Source: Candidatus Peregrinibacteria bacterium
GTDB taxonomy: Bacteria > Patescibacteriota > Gracilibacteria > Peribacterales > Peribacteraceae
Direction of reading: 5' to 3'
NCBI GenBank assembly: GCA_016866815.1
Contig: VGKZ01000001.1
Span: forward strand, 1-36,663
DNA length: 36,663 nt
Both the position numbers and the translations under genes were made by a program. This document shows, piece by piece, positions 13,552 to 22,474 of this stretch (position 1 is its first letter; each line of letters begins with the position of its first letter). The notes under the pieces were generated by a model. It searched no databases. It had not been told where the DNA came from and saw only the letters and a list, made by a program, of their open reading frames with translations.

Positions 13552-16335
13552 ATGGAACGAAAAATGATTCAGATCCTCTCAGCGTCGCTGTTTATTGTGA
13601 TGCTCCTCTGGGGTGGCTATACGCTTCTCTACTACCTCGGCGTGCCGGTTCACGGGGCGGTACTCCTGCCGGATGACGTGCATAAGTCCCTTGAAGGCAT
13701 CTGTGCCGGCGACGATGTCGTGTGCAGAGGTGCATTCGCACTCTTTGGTGTCCTGTGGCACTCACTTACACGTGTGCCGTTTGTGATCTGGTATGCGGTG
13801 ACGTGTATTGTGCTGTATGCGCTTGTTCTTGCATGGCGATACGTTCGAACGCTGCGTTGGAATGCGGAGATTGTCCTGAAGCCTTGGCATGTGCTTGCGT
13901 TGTGCTTCGCATCGATGTGGTTGCTTTTCACCTGCCTGAGTCTCTCGAACAACGGTGACCTGCCCTTCAATCATTTGATAGAACCGCTGCCGGATGTCTA
14001 TAAGAACGCCGGACCGCAGGCGATCGTTGCCCTCCGGGAAAATTACGATGCGCTCAAGGAGCGGGGATGTCTGAAGCCGATCGGCACCTTCGGTGCAGCG
14101 GAAGCGAGTGAAATCACATTCTTTTGTTTCCAGACATCGTTCTTCACGCGCGTTGTTCCTCCGCTCATCTTCACCCTGCTTTTTCTGTGTGAACTTTTGG
14201 TGCTGGGCCGATTCCTCTTACGGAAGGCACTGCGCATCAGTACAGATAGCTTGCTGGAAGAAGCGGTTCTTTCGTTGGGTGTCGGTGCCTGTACGATGGT
14301 AGCGGCGTTATGGGTTCTTGCAGTTGCGCATGTCTTTATCATGCCTGTCGGTTGGGCGTTGGCGCTCTTGCTCCCGTTGGTGTTGTTTTGGGATGCACGG
14401 TATTGGTTGGATCGATTTCTGCATGCGGAGTGGAGAGTACATGTGCCGTGGTGGAGTCCGGTGCTGCTGCTTTCATGGTTTCTGCTCAGCTATCTTGCGT
14501 TCAATTTCATCAATATTGTTCGCCCCTTCCCGATCGGATGGGATGACCTTGGAAGTTACCTGAACAGGCCGCGACAACTCGTCAGCTACGGGCATTTCAT
14601 TTTCTCGATGTCCGCGTTCCAGTGGGAGTACCTGACGGCTCTCGGATTCCTGCTCTTCGGGTTCGAAAGCACTTTCGGCGCCACAGCATCGCTTGCCATC
14701 AACTGGACGCAGGGCCTTCTGGCGGTGCTGATCATCATGATGTTCGTCCGGACATATCTCGGTAAAGGCAGGGGACTTCTCTCGGCAACTCTCTACTACA
14801 CACTCCCGCTCGTCGGACATTTTTCGTTCGCCGATATGAAGATCGACAATGCGGTCTTCAGTATGGGTGCACTCGCGACGTTCATGCTCCTGAGAGGAAC
14901 TATCCGTGACGATGAGCAGTCATCGTCTACGGAAGCATGGCGTCACATTCTGCTTGCAGGCGTTTTCGTAGGCTTTGCATTCGCCATGAAGGTGACGGCG
15001 ATCATGGTGCTGATGGCTCTTGGAGCAGCTCTTGCCGGTATCGTTCTTCACCCTCTCGGCTTCGTTGCCGGTGTCATCGGAGCGTGTGCTGTCCTCATCG
15101 AGCAGGGTGCGTTGAACCTGGCGGGACTTCTGGAGCGCGTCGGCTACGATCCACATTTGATTGCCCCACAAACGGTTGCAATGGTATTCATCCTGATTGG
15201 CCTGGTGCCGCTTGCGGCAGCAGCGTATATGGGCAGGGCACGGTTGAGGAATTTCGTCATTCTCACCGCCATCTTCATTGGCGGGTTTGTTGCAGCGGTT
15301 CTGCCGTGGATGCAGTACAACAATATTGTGAGCGGTAGCATTGTGCCGAAGATCGCATTGGGCGCCCCGAACACTATCGGACCCATTCTGGATATGTTTG
15401 GTAACATAGATGATGCGACGTATTCACTGTCTCCGGAACTCAAGGTCGACCAGAAAGATCCAACATGTAAACCTTCTGGGGCAAGGGAAGAACTGGGGCG
15501 GTACTGGGGAACACGCACTGGCTGGGGACACTACATCACCCTGCCGTTCCGCAGTGTGATGAATCTCGACAGTGCGGGGTACTACGTCACCACGATTCCG
15601 GCGCTCCTTCTGTTTCCGCTCCTGCTTCTCCTGCCGTACTTTTGGCGTCGTGAAGGAAGGTGGCTCCGTTGGGTTTGGCTGACGACAGCGTTTCTCATTG
15701 TAGAGTGGATGTTCCTTGCGAACGGCATTCTCTGGTACGGCATCGGGATGTTCCTGGGTCTGGTGATCTGTCTGGAGGCGCTGCTTGCACGTGCGCCGGA
15801 TACGCTGAATCGCTCTGTGGCCGGTTTGCTGATTACCTGTTCACTTCTGTTTTCTCTCGGACAACGTTTGTGGCAGTACGAGTCACAGAGGAATTTATTT
15901 GAGTACCCGCTCGGCAAGGTCTCAGCGAAGGCTATCCGTGAACGGACGATTCCGTTCTACGATGACATCACAGAAGTCGTTCTTGACCGCGCACGGAAGA
16001 TTCCCGACAGACCCCTTCTCTTCCGCGTGGGAACGTTCATGCCGTACTTCGTACCAAGGAATCTCGAAGTCATCGGCATTAGTGATCACCAGCTTGATTT
16101 CTTCAATTGTCTCTACCAGGGCCGCGATCCAGAGGTGATGGTTGCCCGTCTCAAAGCACTCGGTTTCAACAGCATCGTCTTCGATACGAATGCGGCGACC
16201 ATCGAGCGTGACCAGAACGGTTCCCTTCACCAGAAAGTGCAGATGTTCGCTGATTTTATCAATAACCCGAAAGCAGGTCTGCAGGTGGTTATCAACGATC
16301 CGACTGCGGGAGTAGCGTTCATTCTGATTCCGTAA
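13552..16335 (+). CDS. large polytopic membrane protein, putative GT-C-fold glycosyltransferase with a C-terminal soluble domain
   Basis: About 927 aa with more than 15 hydrophobic segments. An early extracytoplasmic loop carries an acidic motif (FPIGWDDLGSY). The C-terminal tail of about 190 aa is non-membrane. The track ORF start at 13039 is antisense to sufS, so I chose ATG 13552 (or 13564). Confidence 0.7.
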   Translation: MERKMIQILSASLFIVMLLWGGYTLLYYLGVPVHGAVLLPDDVHKSLEGICAGDDVVCRGAFALFGVLWHSLTRVPFVIWYAVTCIVLYALVLAWRYVRTLRWNAEIVLKPWHVLALCFASMWLLFTCLSLSNNGDLPFNHLIEPLPDVYKNAGPQAIVALRENYDALKERGCLKPIGTFGAAEASEITFFCFQTSFFTRVVPPLIFTLLFLCELLVLGRFLLRKALRISTDSLLEEAVLSLGVGACTMVAALWVLAVAHVFIMPVGWALALLLPLVLFWDARYWLDRFLHAEWRVHVPWWSPVLLLSWFLLSYLAFNFINIVRPFPIGWDDLGSYLNRPRQLVSYGHFIFSMSAFQWEYLTALGFLLFGFESTFGATASLAINWTQGLLAVLIIMMFVRTYLGKGRGLLSATLYYTLPLVGHFSFADMKIDNAVFSMGALATFMLLRGTIRDDEQSSSTEAWRHILLAGVFVGFAFAMKVTAIMVLMALGAALAGIVLHPLGFVAGVIGACAVLIEQGALNLAGLLERVGYDPHLIAPQTVAMVFILIGLVPLAAAAYMGRARLRNFVILTAIFIGGFVAAVLPWMQYNNIVSGSIVPKIALGAPNTIGPILDMFGNIDDATYSLSPELKVDQKDPTCKPSGAREELGRYWGTRTGWGHYITLPFRSVMNLDSAGYYVTTIPALLLFPLLLLLPYFWRREGRWLRWVWLTTAFLIVEWMFLANGILWYGIGMFLGLVICLEALLARAPDTLNRSVAGLLITCSLLFSLGQRLWQYESQRNLFEYPLGKVSAKAIRERTIPFYDDITEVVLDRARKIPDRPLLFRVGTFMPYFVPRNLEVIGISDHQLDFFNCLYQGRDPEVMVARLKALGFNSIVFDTNAATIERDQNGSLHQKVQMFADFINNPKAGLQVVINDPTAGVAFILIP

Positions 16336-16340
16336 GACCG

Positions 16341-17009
16341 ATGCGCACCATCGCAGTCATTCCGGCCTACAACGAAGCATCGCGTGTTGCGCGCGTGGTC
16401 GCAGACGCAGCGAAGTTTGTCGATAGGGTGATCGTGGTGGATGACGGATCTTCCGATGCAACCGGTGACATCGCGGAGAAAGCCGGTGCACTGGTACTCC
16501 GTCATGTGGAGAACTGCGGTGCGGGAGCGGCAACGATGACAGGAATTGCCGGTGCACGTCTCCTTGGAGCAGATACCGTTGTGACGCTGGATGCCGACGA
16601 ACAGCACAGTCCCGATGATATTCCCGCACTATTGGAGCGCATTACCAGAGAAGGATTCGATGTGGCATTTGCGAATCGCTTCGGTCGGAGGAACAGGATT
16701 CCCGGCATCCGGAGGTTCTTCAATGCCGTGGGCAATATCATCACGTTCATTGCCACCGGGAAATGGGTGAGTGACAGCCAGTGCGGGTTCAAGGCGTTCG
16801 GGCCGCGAGCGGTCGCCGAAATCGATCTCAAAATGAGCGGCTATGAGTTCTGTACCGAGATCGTCCGCGAATGCGCACAGCACGGATGGAAGACGGCGGA
16901 TGTTCCCGCTAAGGTCCTCTATTCCGAATATACCCTCGCGAAAGGGCAATCCTTCGCGAATGGAGTGCGCACAGCTCTCCGGATTCTGCTTCGTTCCTTT
17001 ATGCGCTAA
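16341..17009 (+). CDS. GT2 glycosyltransferase, polyprenyl-phosphate sugar synthase-like (GtrB/Dpm1-like)
   Basis: Motifs seen: IAVIPAYNEASRV, VIVVDDGSSDATGDIA, TLDADEQHSPDDIPALL. It is short (222 aa) and has no TM tail. Confidence 0.88.
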   Translation: MRTIAVIPAYNEASRVARVVADAAKFVDRVIVVDDGSSDATGDIAEKAGALVLRHVENCGAGAATMTGIAGARLLGADTVVTLDADEQHSPDDIPALLERITREGFDVAFANRFGRRNRIPGIRRFFNAVGNIITFIATGKWVSDSQCGFKAFGPRAVAEIDLKMSGYEFCTEIVRECAQHGWKTADVPAKVLYSEYTLAKGQSFANGVRTALRILLRSFMR

Positions 17010-17023
17010 CATACCGTCCTGTC

Positions 17024-17383
17024 ATGACATTCACTGCGTACCAAATCATCACGCCGCTCATCGCCTTCCTCGCGATTACGTATGCGTGGAATCTTGTCTT
17101 CCGTCACAAGAAGACCGTATGGGAAGGGGCGCTCTGGACGGTGTTCTGGGGTGCCGTCGGTGCTATTGCCATTTTCCCCGCTGCGATTGATTACCTGAAA
17201 GTAGTCACCGGTATCCAGAAACGGGAGAACGCAGTGATGGTCACTTTCCTCGGTGTCCTCTCCTTCATTGTCTTCTATCTCATCATGCGCGTGGAGGAGT
17301 TGGAGCAGCGCCAGACCCGCCTGGTGCGGAAAATTGCACTCAGGGATGCCGAAGGAACGGATGGAAAGAAAGGCAGGGAATAG
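17024..17383 (+). CDS. DUF2304-like small membrane protein
   Basis: 119 aa, with 3-4 TM segments and a charged C-terminal helix (RVEELEQRQTRLVRKIALRD). Its position directly after a GT2 gene is the usual DUF2304 context. Confidence 0.7.
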   Translation: MTFTAYQIITPLIAFLAITYAWNLVFRHKKTVWEGALWTVFWGAVGAIAIFPAAIDYLKVVTGIQKRENAVMVTFLGVLSFIVFYLIMRVEELEQRQTRLVRKIALRDAEGTDGKKGRE

Positions 17384-17431
17384 GGCTGAATGGGTGTAAA
17401 AGCCATCATTCTTCCTTCATACTACTTGCTG

Positions 17432-18529
17432 ATGAAGAGCATTGTATTGCTATCACCGTATTGGAAAGAAAAACATCGTTGGATGGCCAGCTCTCCCAAA
17501 CTCGCCGAACTCTGGCAGAGGCTGGGGTACCGCGTGATTGCGGTGTGCATGGGTTCGGAGAGCAAAGTCGATCGTGTCAGTGACACACTGACCATTCACT
17601 ACCGCAAAGACTTGTTTCTGAAAGATCCGTGGAACTACGGCATTGCATTTGGATTTGCCGGATATGTGCGCCGTCTCATCCGGAAGGAAAAACCCGATGT
17701 TATCGTGGCCAATAAACTTCTGTTCTGGAGTTCGCTTTGCGTCATCCCGCTCACATTCACTGGTCATAGAGTCCTCGTCCTCACAGATGCACTGGTTGGT
17801 ATGACCTGGTGGCCGCGCGGAAAGATTCCGCAGCTGTGTGCAGCCATCTACGCATGGACGTTCGGGTGGCTGATTCTCCTCTGCGCAGACCGTGTCGTCA
17901 CATTCCATCCGCAGCCGGAGGGGTTGCTGCGAAGGCTCGGTATAGCTAAAAAAACACAGGTAATTCCGACAGGAATTGATGCGGGAGCGTGGGGTGTAGG
18001 GGGTAGGGGGTTGGGCAATACAGTGAATGTGACGTATGTCGGTCGTTTGGAATCCATAAAAGGTGTCGATGATTTTCTGGCGGCCGTGGTGCCGATGAAA
18101 AAATATTGCCCTTCACTCTCGGTGCAGGTCATCGGTTGGTTTGAACCCGGACATCCTCTGGTCACTGAATACGCTCCGGAGGTGAACTTCACCGGTCTGC
18201 GCGATGACATTCCGAAGATTCTTGCGGAGTGTGACATCTTCGTTCTGCCTAGTCACAGCGAAGGGCTCAGCAATGCACTGATGGAGGCTATGGCGAGCGG
18301 GTGCGCATGCATTGCAACGGATGTCGGAGGCAACCGTTTCCTCATTCAGAACGGTGTTTCAGGGTTTCTCTATCCGGCGGGCGATCGTGCTGCACTCGCT
18401 GCGCATGTCCGTCGTCTCATCGAAGATCCGGTGAAGAGAAAAGCAATGGGGGAAGCTGCGCGCAAAAGGATAGAAGAGCAGTTTGATTGGGGTGTTGTAG
18501 GTAAGAAGTACGAAAAACTTTTCGCATGA
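17432..18529 (+). CDS. GT4 family glycosyltransferase
   Basis: The EX7E motif reads LPSHSEGLSNALMEAMASGCACIATDVGG. ATG 17432 (MKSIVLLSPYW) was chosen. Confidence 0.85.
   Translation: MKSIVLLSPYWKEKHRWMASSPKLAELWQRLGYRVIAVCMGSESKVDRVSDTLTIHYRKDLFLKDPWNYGIAFGFAGYVRRLIRKEKPDVIVANKLLFWSSLCVIPLTFTGHRVLVLTDALVGMTWWPRGKIPQLCAAIYAWTFGWLILLCADRVVTFHPQPEGLLRRLGIAKKTQVIPTGIDAGAWGVGGRGLGNTVNVTYVGRLESIKGVDDFLAAVVPMKKYCPSLSVQVIGWFEPGHPLVTEYAPEVNFTGLRDDIPKILAECDIFVLPSHSEGLSNALMEAMASGCACIATDVGGNRFLIQNGVSGFLYPAGDRAALAAHVRRLIEDPVKRKAMGEAARKRIEEQFDWGVVGKKYEKLFA
17989..18016. repeat. G-rich heptamer array GTGGGGT GTAGGGG GTAGGGG GTTGGGC
   Basis: It is read in frame as AWGVGGRGLG in the GT4 interdomain linker. 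It contains four G-runs. Confidence 0.85.
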
Positions 18530-19599
18530 AGAAAAAAGTTGTCATTCTTTCGGCGTTTCTCACACCGTTTCGTAGCGGTGCGGAGGCATGCGCGGAGGAA
18601 GTGCCGCTCATTCTCTCAGAGGAGTATGATTTTGTGATCATCACCTCCCGCATGCGCAGAAGTTTGCCGAAGCGGGACATGTTGCAGGGAAAAATTCCCG
18701 TCATCAGAGTGGGAATCGGCATCGCACGTGTCGATAAATGGTTGTATCCGTTTTTAGCTTCTCTGGAAGCCAGAAAACACAAGCCGGATATTGTTCATGC
18801 GATCCTGGAAACCTTTGCGGGTCTCGGATTATTGCTGTGTAAATTCACTGTGCCCTCAGCAAAAAGGATTCTTACATGCCAGACAACGAACAGAAGTTTC
18901 TTCAAAGGCACCATCGTCCGGTCGGCGGAAACAGTTACTGCGATCAGTAACCATCTTGCTGACATCGTCAGGAAACTTGGAAGAGGCGATGTCGTGATCA
19001 TTCCGAACGGTATTCACGTGAAGCAATTTGCAGAGGCGACGCGAACGTATACGAAGGTTCCGGGGAGAATCCTCTCTGTCGGGCGTTTGGAGAAGATGAA
19101 AGGCGTCGACCTCTTACTCAAGGCATTTGCGAAGCTCAATGACTCTTCCGCGACACTACGCATTGTCGGTAACGGCACGCAGCGTGCAGTGCTGACGGCA
19201 CTGGCGAAGGAACTTGGCATTCACGATCGCACGACGTTTGTCGGCCACGTTCCGCCTGCAGATCTCTACAGAGAATATGCCGAGGCAGATGTCTTTTGCG
19301 GCTTTTCTCGTAGTGAAGCACTGGGGAATGTATTCATTGAAGCCATGGCAGCAGAGTGTGTTGTGTTAGCTTCGGATATTGGAGGAATCAAAGAGATTGT
19401 TCCTCAAGAGAGCAGAATCACATTGGATTCATCGCCGGAGATTGTTGCCAGCAGACTCCAGGAATGTTTTATGAAGGACGAATCCGCTCGGTCAACAATC
19501 CGTCAATCCATGATGCACAATTTCAATTGGTCAGTGATAGCACCGCAGTACGCAGCGCTTTATGACCGTCTCCTCTCCCGCACCAGCGCCGCCGCCTGA
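18526..19599 (+). CDS. GT4 family glycosyltransferase
   Basis: There is an ATGA overlap with the upstream gene. Motifs seen: LSVGRLEKMKGVD and SRSEALGNVFIEAMAAECVVLASDIGG. Confidence 0.85.
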   Translation: MKKKVVILSAFLTPFRSGAEACAEEVPLILSEEYDFVIITSRMRRSLPKRDMLQGKIPVIRVGIGIARVDKWLYPFLASLEARKHKPDIVHAILETFAGLGLLLCKFTVPSAKRILTCQTTNRSFFKGTIVRSAETVTAISNHLADIVRKLGRGDVVIIPNGIHVKQFAEATRTYTKVPGRILSVGRLEKMKGVDLLLKAFAKLNDSSATLRIVGNGTQRAVLTALAKELGIHDRTTFVGHVPPADLYREYAEADVFCGFSRSEALGNVFIEAMAAECVVLASDIGGIKEIVPQESRITLDSSPEIVASRLQECFMKDESARSTIRQSMMHNFNWSVIAPQYAALYDRLLSRTSAAA

Positions 19600-20270
19600 A
19601 ACAAACTCTCAAACGTTCCCGCATCGATCCATTCGTCTTTGAGAATCGTCGCCGTCAGTTCCCCTTTTTCCATGTACCAGTGCGAGACGTCGGTGATTTC
19701 ATACTCCCCGCGCGAGGAAGGCATCAGGTTCCGGATCACATCGAAGCAGCGATGGTCGTACACATAGCAACCCGTCACCGCGAGATCACCTTTTGGCTTC
19801 GTCGGTTTTTCTTCGATCGATGTAATCGTATTGCCCTGCACGACCGCGACGCCAAAGCGTTCAGGGTCGGTGACGTGTTTCAGAAACACATGCGCTCCGC
19901 CTTTGAATCCGGAAATTTCCTTCGAAAGATCATCGAAGTAGACATTGTCCCCGAGAATTGCGCAGACATCGTCGCCATCGACAAATTCCTCCGCGAGACC
20001 GAGTGCCTGTGCTATCCCTCCTGCCTTCTCCTGTACTTTGAAGGAAAAGGTACATCCGAAGCGCTCACCGGAACCGAGAAACTGCGCCACCTGATCGATG
20101 TGTTCCGTTCCGGAGATCACGGCGATATCCGTAATGCCCGCATCAAGCAGGGTTTGAAGAGGGTAGAGGAGCAGTGGTTTGTCGTAGACCGGAAGAAGCG
20201 ATTTGTTCGTAATTTCCGTCAGGGGCCGTAGCCTGCTTCCCGTGCCGCCGCAGATGAGGATGCCTTTCAT
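19560..20270 (-). CDS. rmlA: sugar-1-phosphate nucleotidylyltransferase, short-form glucose-1-phosphate thymidylyltransferase-like
   Basis: Motifs seen: MKGILICGGTGSRLRPLTEITNKSLLPVYDKPLL and ILGDNVY. It is divergently paired with rmlB. Confidence 0.8.
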   Translation of the reverse strand: MKGILICGGTGSRLRPLTEITNKSLLPVYDKPLLLYPLQTLLDAGITDIAVISGTEHIDQVAQFLGSGERFGCTFSFKVQEKAGGIAQALGLAEEFVDGDDVCAILGDNVYFDDLSKEISGFKGGAHVFLKHVTDPERFGVAVVQGNTITSIEEKPTKPKGDLAVTGCYVYDHRCFDVIRNLMPSSRGEYEITDVSHWYMEKGELTATILKDEWIDAGTFESLFQAAALVRERRRS

Positions 20271-20298
20271 GAGCTTCTAGCTTATAGCTTCCCGCTTT
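20271..20298. repeat. heptamer array GAGCTTC TAGCTTA TAGCTTC CCGCTTT (NNAAGCT family, in rmlA sense orientation)
   Basis: Read directly. The minus-sense TAAGCT (20279-20284) lies 8 nt upstream of the rmlA ATG. Confidence 0.8.
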
Positions 20299-20328
20299 TG
20301 GACGAAACCGAATGCTCATGGAATTACT

Positions 20329-20356
20329 ACAAGCTGAAAGCTGAAAGCGATAAGCT
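20329..20356. repeat. heptamer array ACAAGCT GAAAGCT GAAAGCG ATAAGCT
   Basis: Read directly. TAAGCT (20351-20356) lies 8 nt upstream of the rmlB ATG. Confidence 0.8.
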
Positions 20357-20364
20357 GGGCAGGC

Positions 20365-21357
20365 ATGAATCTTCTCATCACTGGTGGGGCAGGCTTTATC
20401 GGGTCGCACTTCACACTGCGGCACTGCAAGGCGAATCCGCGAGATACCGTCGTCGTCCTCGACAAGCTCACGTACGCAGCGGACAAGACTCTCCTCGACC
20501 CTGTCGCTGGAATGATGACCTTCGTAGAGGGGGATATCGCTGATCAGGCTCTGGTCGGCAGGATCGTCGAGGATTTCAAGATCGATACGATCATTAACTT
20601 TGCTGCGGAGTCGCACGTCGATAACTCCATTAACGATGCCACACCCTTTCTACACACAAATGTCATCGGCACGCAGGCACTTCTCGAAGTGGTGAAGACG
20701 CACCCGAAGGTCAGGCTTCTCCATATCTCTACAGATGAAGTGTTCGGAGATATCGATGATGCAATGGCACCATGCAAATCCGGTGATGCGCTCTTCCCGA
20801 GCTCTCCGTACGCAGCGAGCAAAGCTGCCGCGGAAATGCTCGTGATGGCCGCTATGCGTACGTTCCGGATCCACGCCTGCATTACCCGCTGTACCAATAA
20901 CTACGGGCCGCATCAGGCTGCGGAGAAGTTCATTCCTACGGTTATCCGTCACGCGCTGAAAGACGAGAAGATACCCGTGTACGGCGATGGCAGGAACAAA
21001 CGCGACTGGCTCTACGTGACGGATCACTGTGACGCACTGGAGACGATCATCGCGACGCCGTGGGCGTTCTGGGATCCGAAGGTTCCTTCCACCAATCCGC
21101 GTCATGAGCCGGGATCCGGTCACATCTTCCATGTCTCGGCGAACGAGGAGCAGGAGAACATCGCCGTTGCGAAAATGATTCTGGATATTCTGGGCAAGCC
21201 GCACAGCCTCCTTTCCTATGTCGAAGACCGGTTGGGCCATGACTGGCGGTATGCGCTGGATTCGGAGAACACGCGCAAGCTTGGCTGGAAGCCAAAAGTT
21301 TCTTTTGAAGAGGGATTGAAGCAGACGGTGGAGTGGTATCGTGCCAAGCGCGTATGA
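20365..21357 (+). CDS. rfbB: dTDP-glucose 4,6-dehydratase
   Basis: Motifs seen: LLITGGAGFIGSHF, YAASKAAAEMLV (YxxxK), TNNYGPHQAAEKFIPTVI, VYGDGRNKRDWLYVTDHC. Confidence 0.92.
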   Translation: MNLLITGGAGFIGSHFTLRHCKANPRDTVVVLDKLTYAADKTLLDPVAGMMTFVEGDIADQALVGRIVEDFKIDTIINFAAESHVDNSINDATPFLHTNVIGTQALLEVVKTHPKVRLLHISTDEVFGDIDDAMAPCKSGDALFPSSPYAASKAAAEMLVMAAMRTFRIHACITRCTNNYGPHQAAEKFIPTVIRHALKDEKIPVYGDGRNKRDWLYVTDHCDALETIIATPWAFWDPKVPSTNPRHEPGSGHIFHVSANEEQENIAVAKMILDILGKPHSLLSYVEDRLGHDWRYALDSENTRKLGWKPKVSFEEGLKQTVEWYRAKRV

Positions 21358-22460
21358 AGATTGTTCTCGCTACCGGCATCTACCCTCCCGCCATCGGCGG
21401 TCCAGCAACGTATGTCGAAAACCTTGCGCGCGAATTGCATGCAGCCGGGCATGAGGTGACAGTGGTGACGTATGGCAATAGGGGGTTGGGGGTTGGGGGT
21501 AGGGAGCGGAATGTTGTCTCTGTGCCGTTGGGTTTTCCCATTCTTCGTTGGTTTGCTTACGCAAGGGTACTACGCAGAGAAGCCTGCAACGCGGACATCG
21601 TCTATGCATTTTCTTCGGTGAGCTGCGGGATTCCGCTCTGGCTCTCCGGCGTGAGGAAGCCGAAGAGAGTACTACGTCTCGGAGGAGATTTTCTGTGGGA
21701 GAGGTACACGGAAAGAGGAGGGCAGAAGAGTTTGAGGGAGTGGTATGGAGCGAGAGGTTGGTTGTTAGTTATTAGTTATTGGTTATTGCGGCAATACGAT
21801 CACATCGTGTTTTCCACGGAGTTTCAGAAACAAATTTACGAAGAGCATTACAGAATATTGCCAAAACATTCGGTCATCGAGAATGCAATGGAGCCGATAA
21901 GCCAGCAGCAATACACCAGAAACCAAAAACCATATACGCCGTTTCGCTTGCTCTTCATGGGTCGTTTTGTGGGCTTCAAAAACCTCTTCGCGCTCATCGG
22001 AGCGATGACGGAATTGCAGGATTGCGTGCTGACGCTCGTTGGCGAGGGCCCTCTCGATGACGCATTGCGCGATCATGCCGAAGAACTGAATTTACATCAC
22101 AAAGTTCGGTTCGTCGGGCCCGTGCACGGCGAGGAGAAGCGGCAGATTTTCGCCAGGCATGATCTCCTGGTATTGCCGTCGCTCACGGAAATCAGCCCGA
22201 ATACAGCGCTGGAAGCCGCGGCATCGGGATTACCCGTTCTGCTGACGGAGGAACACGGGTTGAGCGAGCAGTTATTGAGCGCAATCGATGTCGCACCTCT
22301 GCAGACTCCGTCGCAGATTGCGGTTGCCGTTCGTGATGTGCGTGAAGCATGTGCCGGCATGCATCATCCGGGATATGCAGAAAGACCATGGAATACCGTC
22401 ATGAAAGAGCATTTGAATTTATTCGCTACGCTGGGTGATTTTTCCCCAAAGCATGCGTAG
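21354..22460 (+). CDS. GT4 family glycosyltransferase
   Basis: There is an ATGA overlap with rfbB. Motifs seen: MKIVLATGIYPPAIGGPATY and LPSLTEISPNTALEAAASGLPVL. Confidence 0.85.
   Translation: MKIVLATGIYPPAIGGPATYVENLARELHAAGHEVTVVTYGNRGLGVGGRERNVVSVPLGFPILRWFAYARVLRREACNADIVYAFSSVSCGIPLWLSGVRKPKRVLRLGGDFLWERYTERGGQKSLREWYGARGWLLVISYWLLRQYDHIVFSTEFQKQIYEEHYRILPKHSVIENAMEPISQQQYTRNQKPYTPFRLLFMGRFVGFKNLFALIGAMTELQDCVLTLVGEGPLDDALRDHAEELNLHHKVRFVGPVHGEEKRQIFARHDLLVLPSLTEISPNTALEAAASGLPVLLTEEHGLSEQLLSAIDVAPLQTPSQIAVAVRDVREACAGMHHPGYAERPWNTVMKEHLNLFATLGDFSPKHA
21477..21504. repeat. G-rich heptamer array AATAGGG GGTTGGG GGTTGGG GGTAGGG
   Basis: It is read in frame as NRGLGVGGRE and contains four G-runs. 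Confidence 0.85.
21758..21785. repeat. heptamer array TTGGTTG TTAGTTA TTAGTTA TTGGTTA
   Basis: It lies in the same GT4 gene and is read as GWLLVISYWLL. Confidence 0.85.
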
Positions 22461-22474
22461 AATGGGCGGGACAT

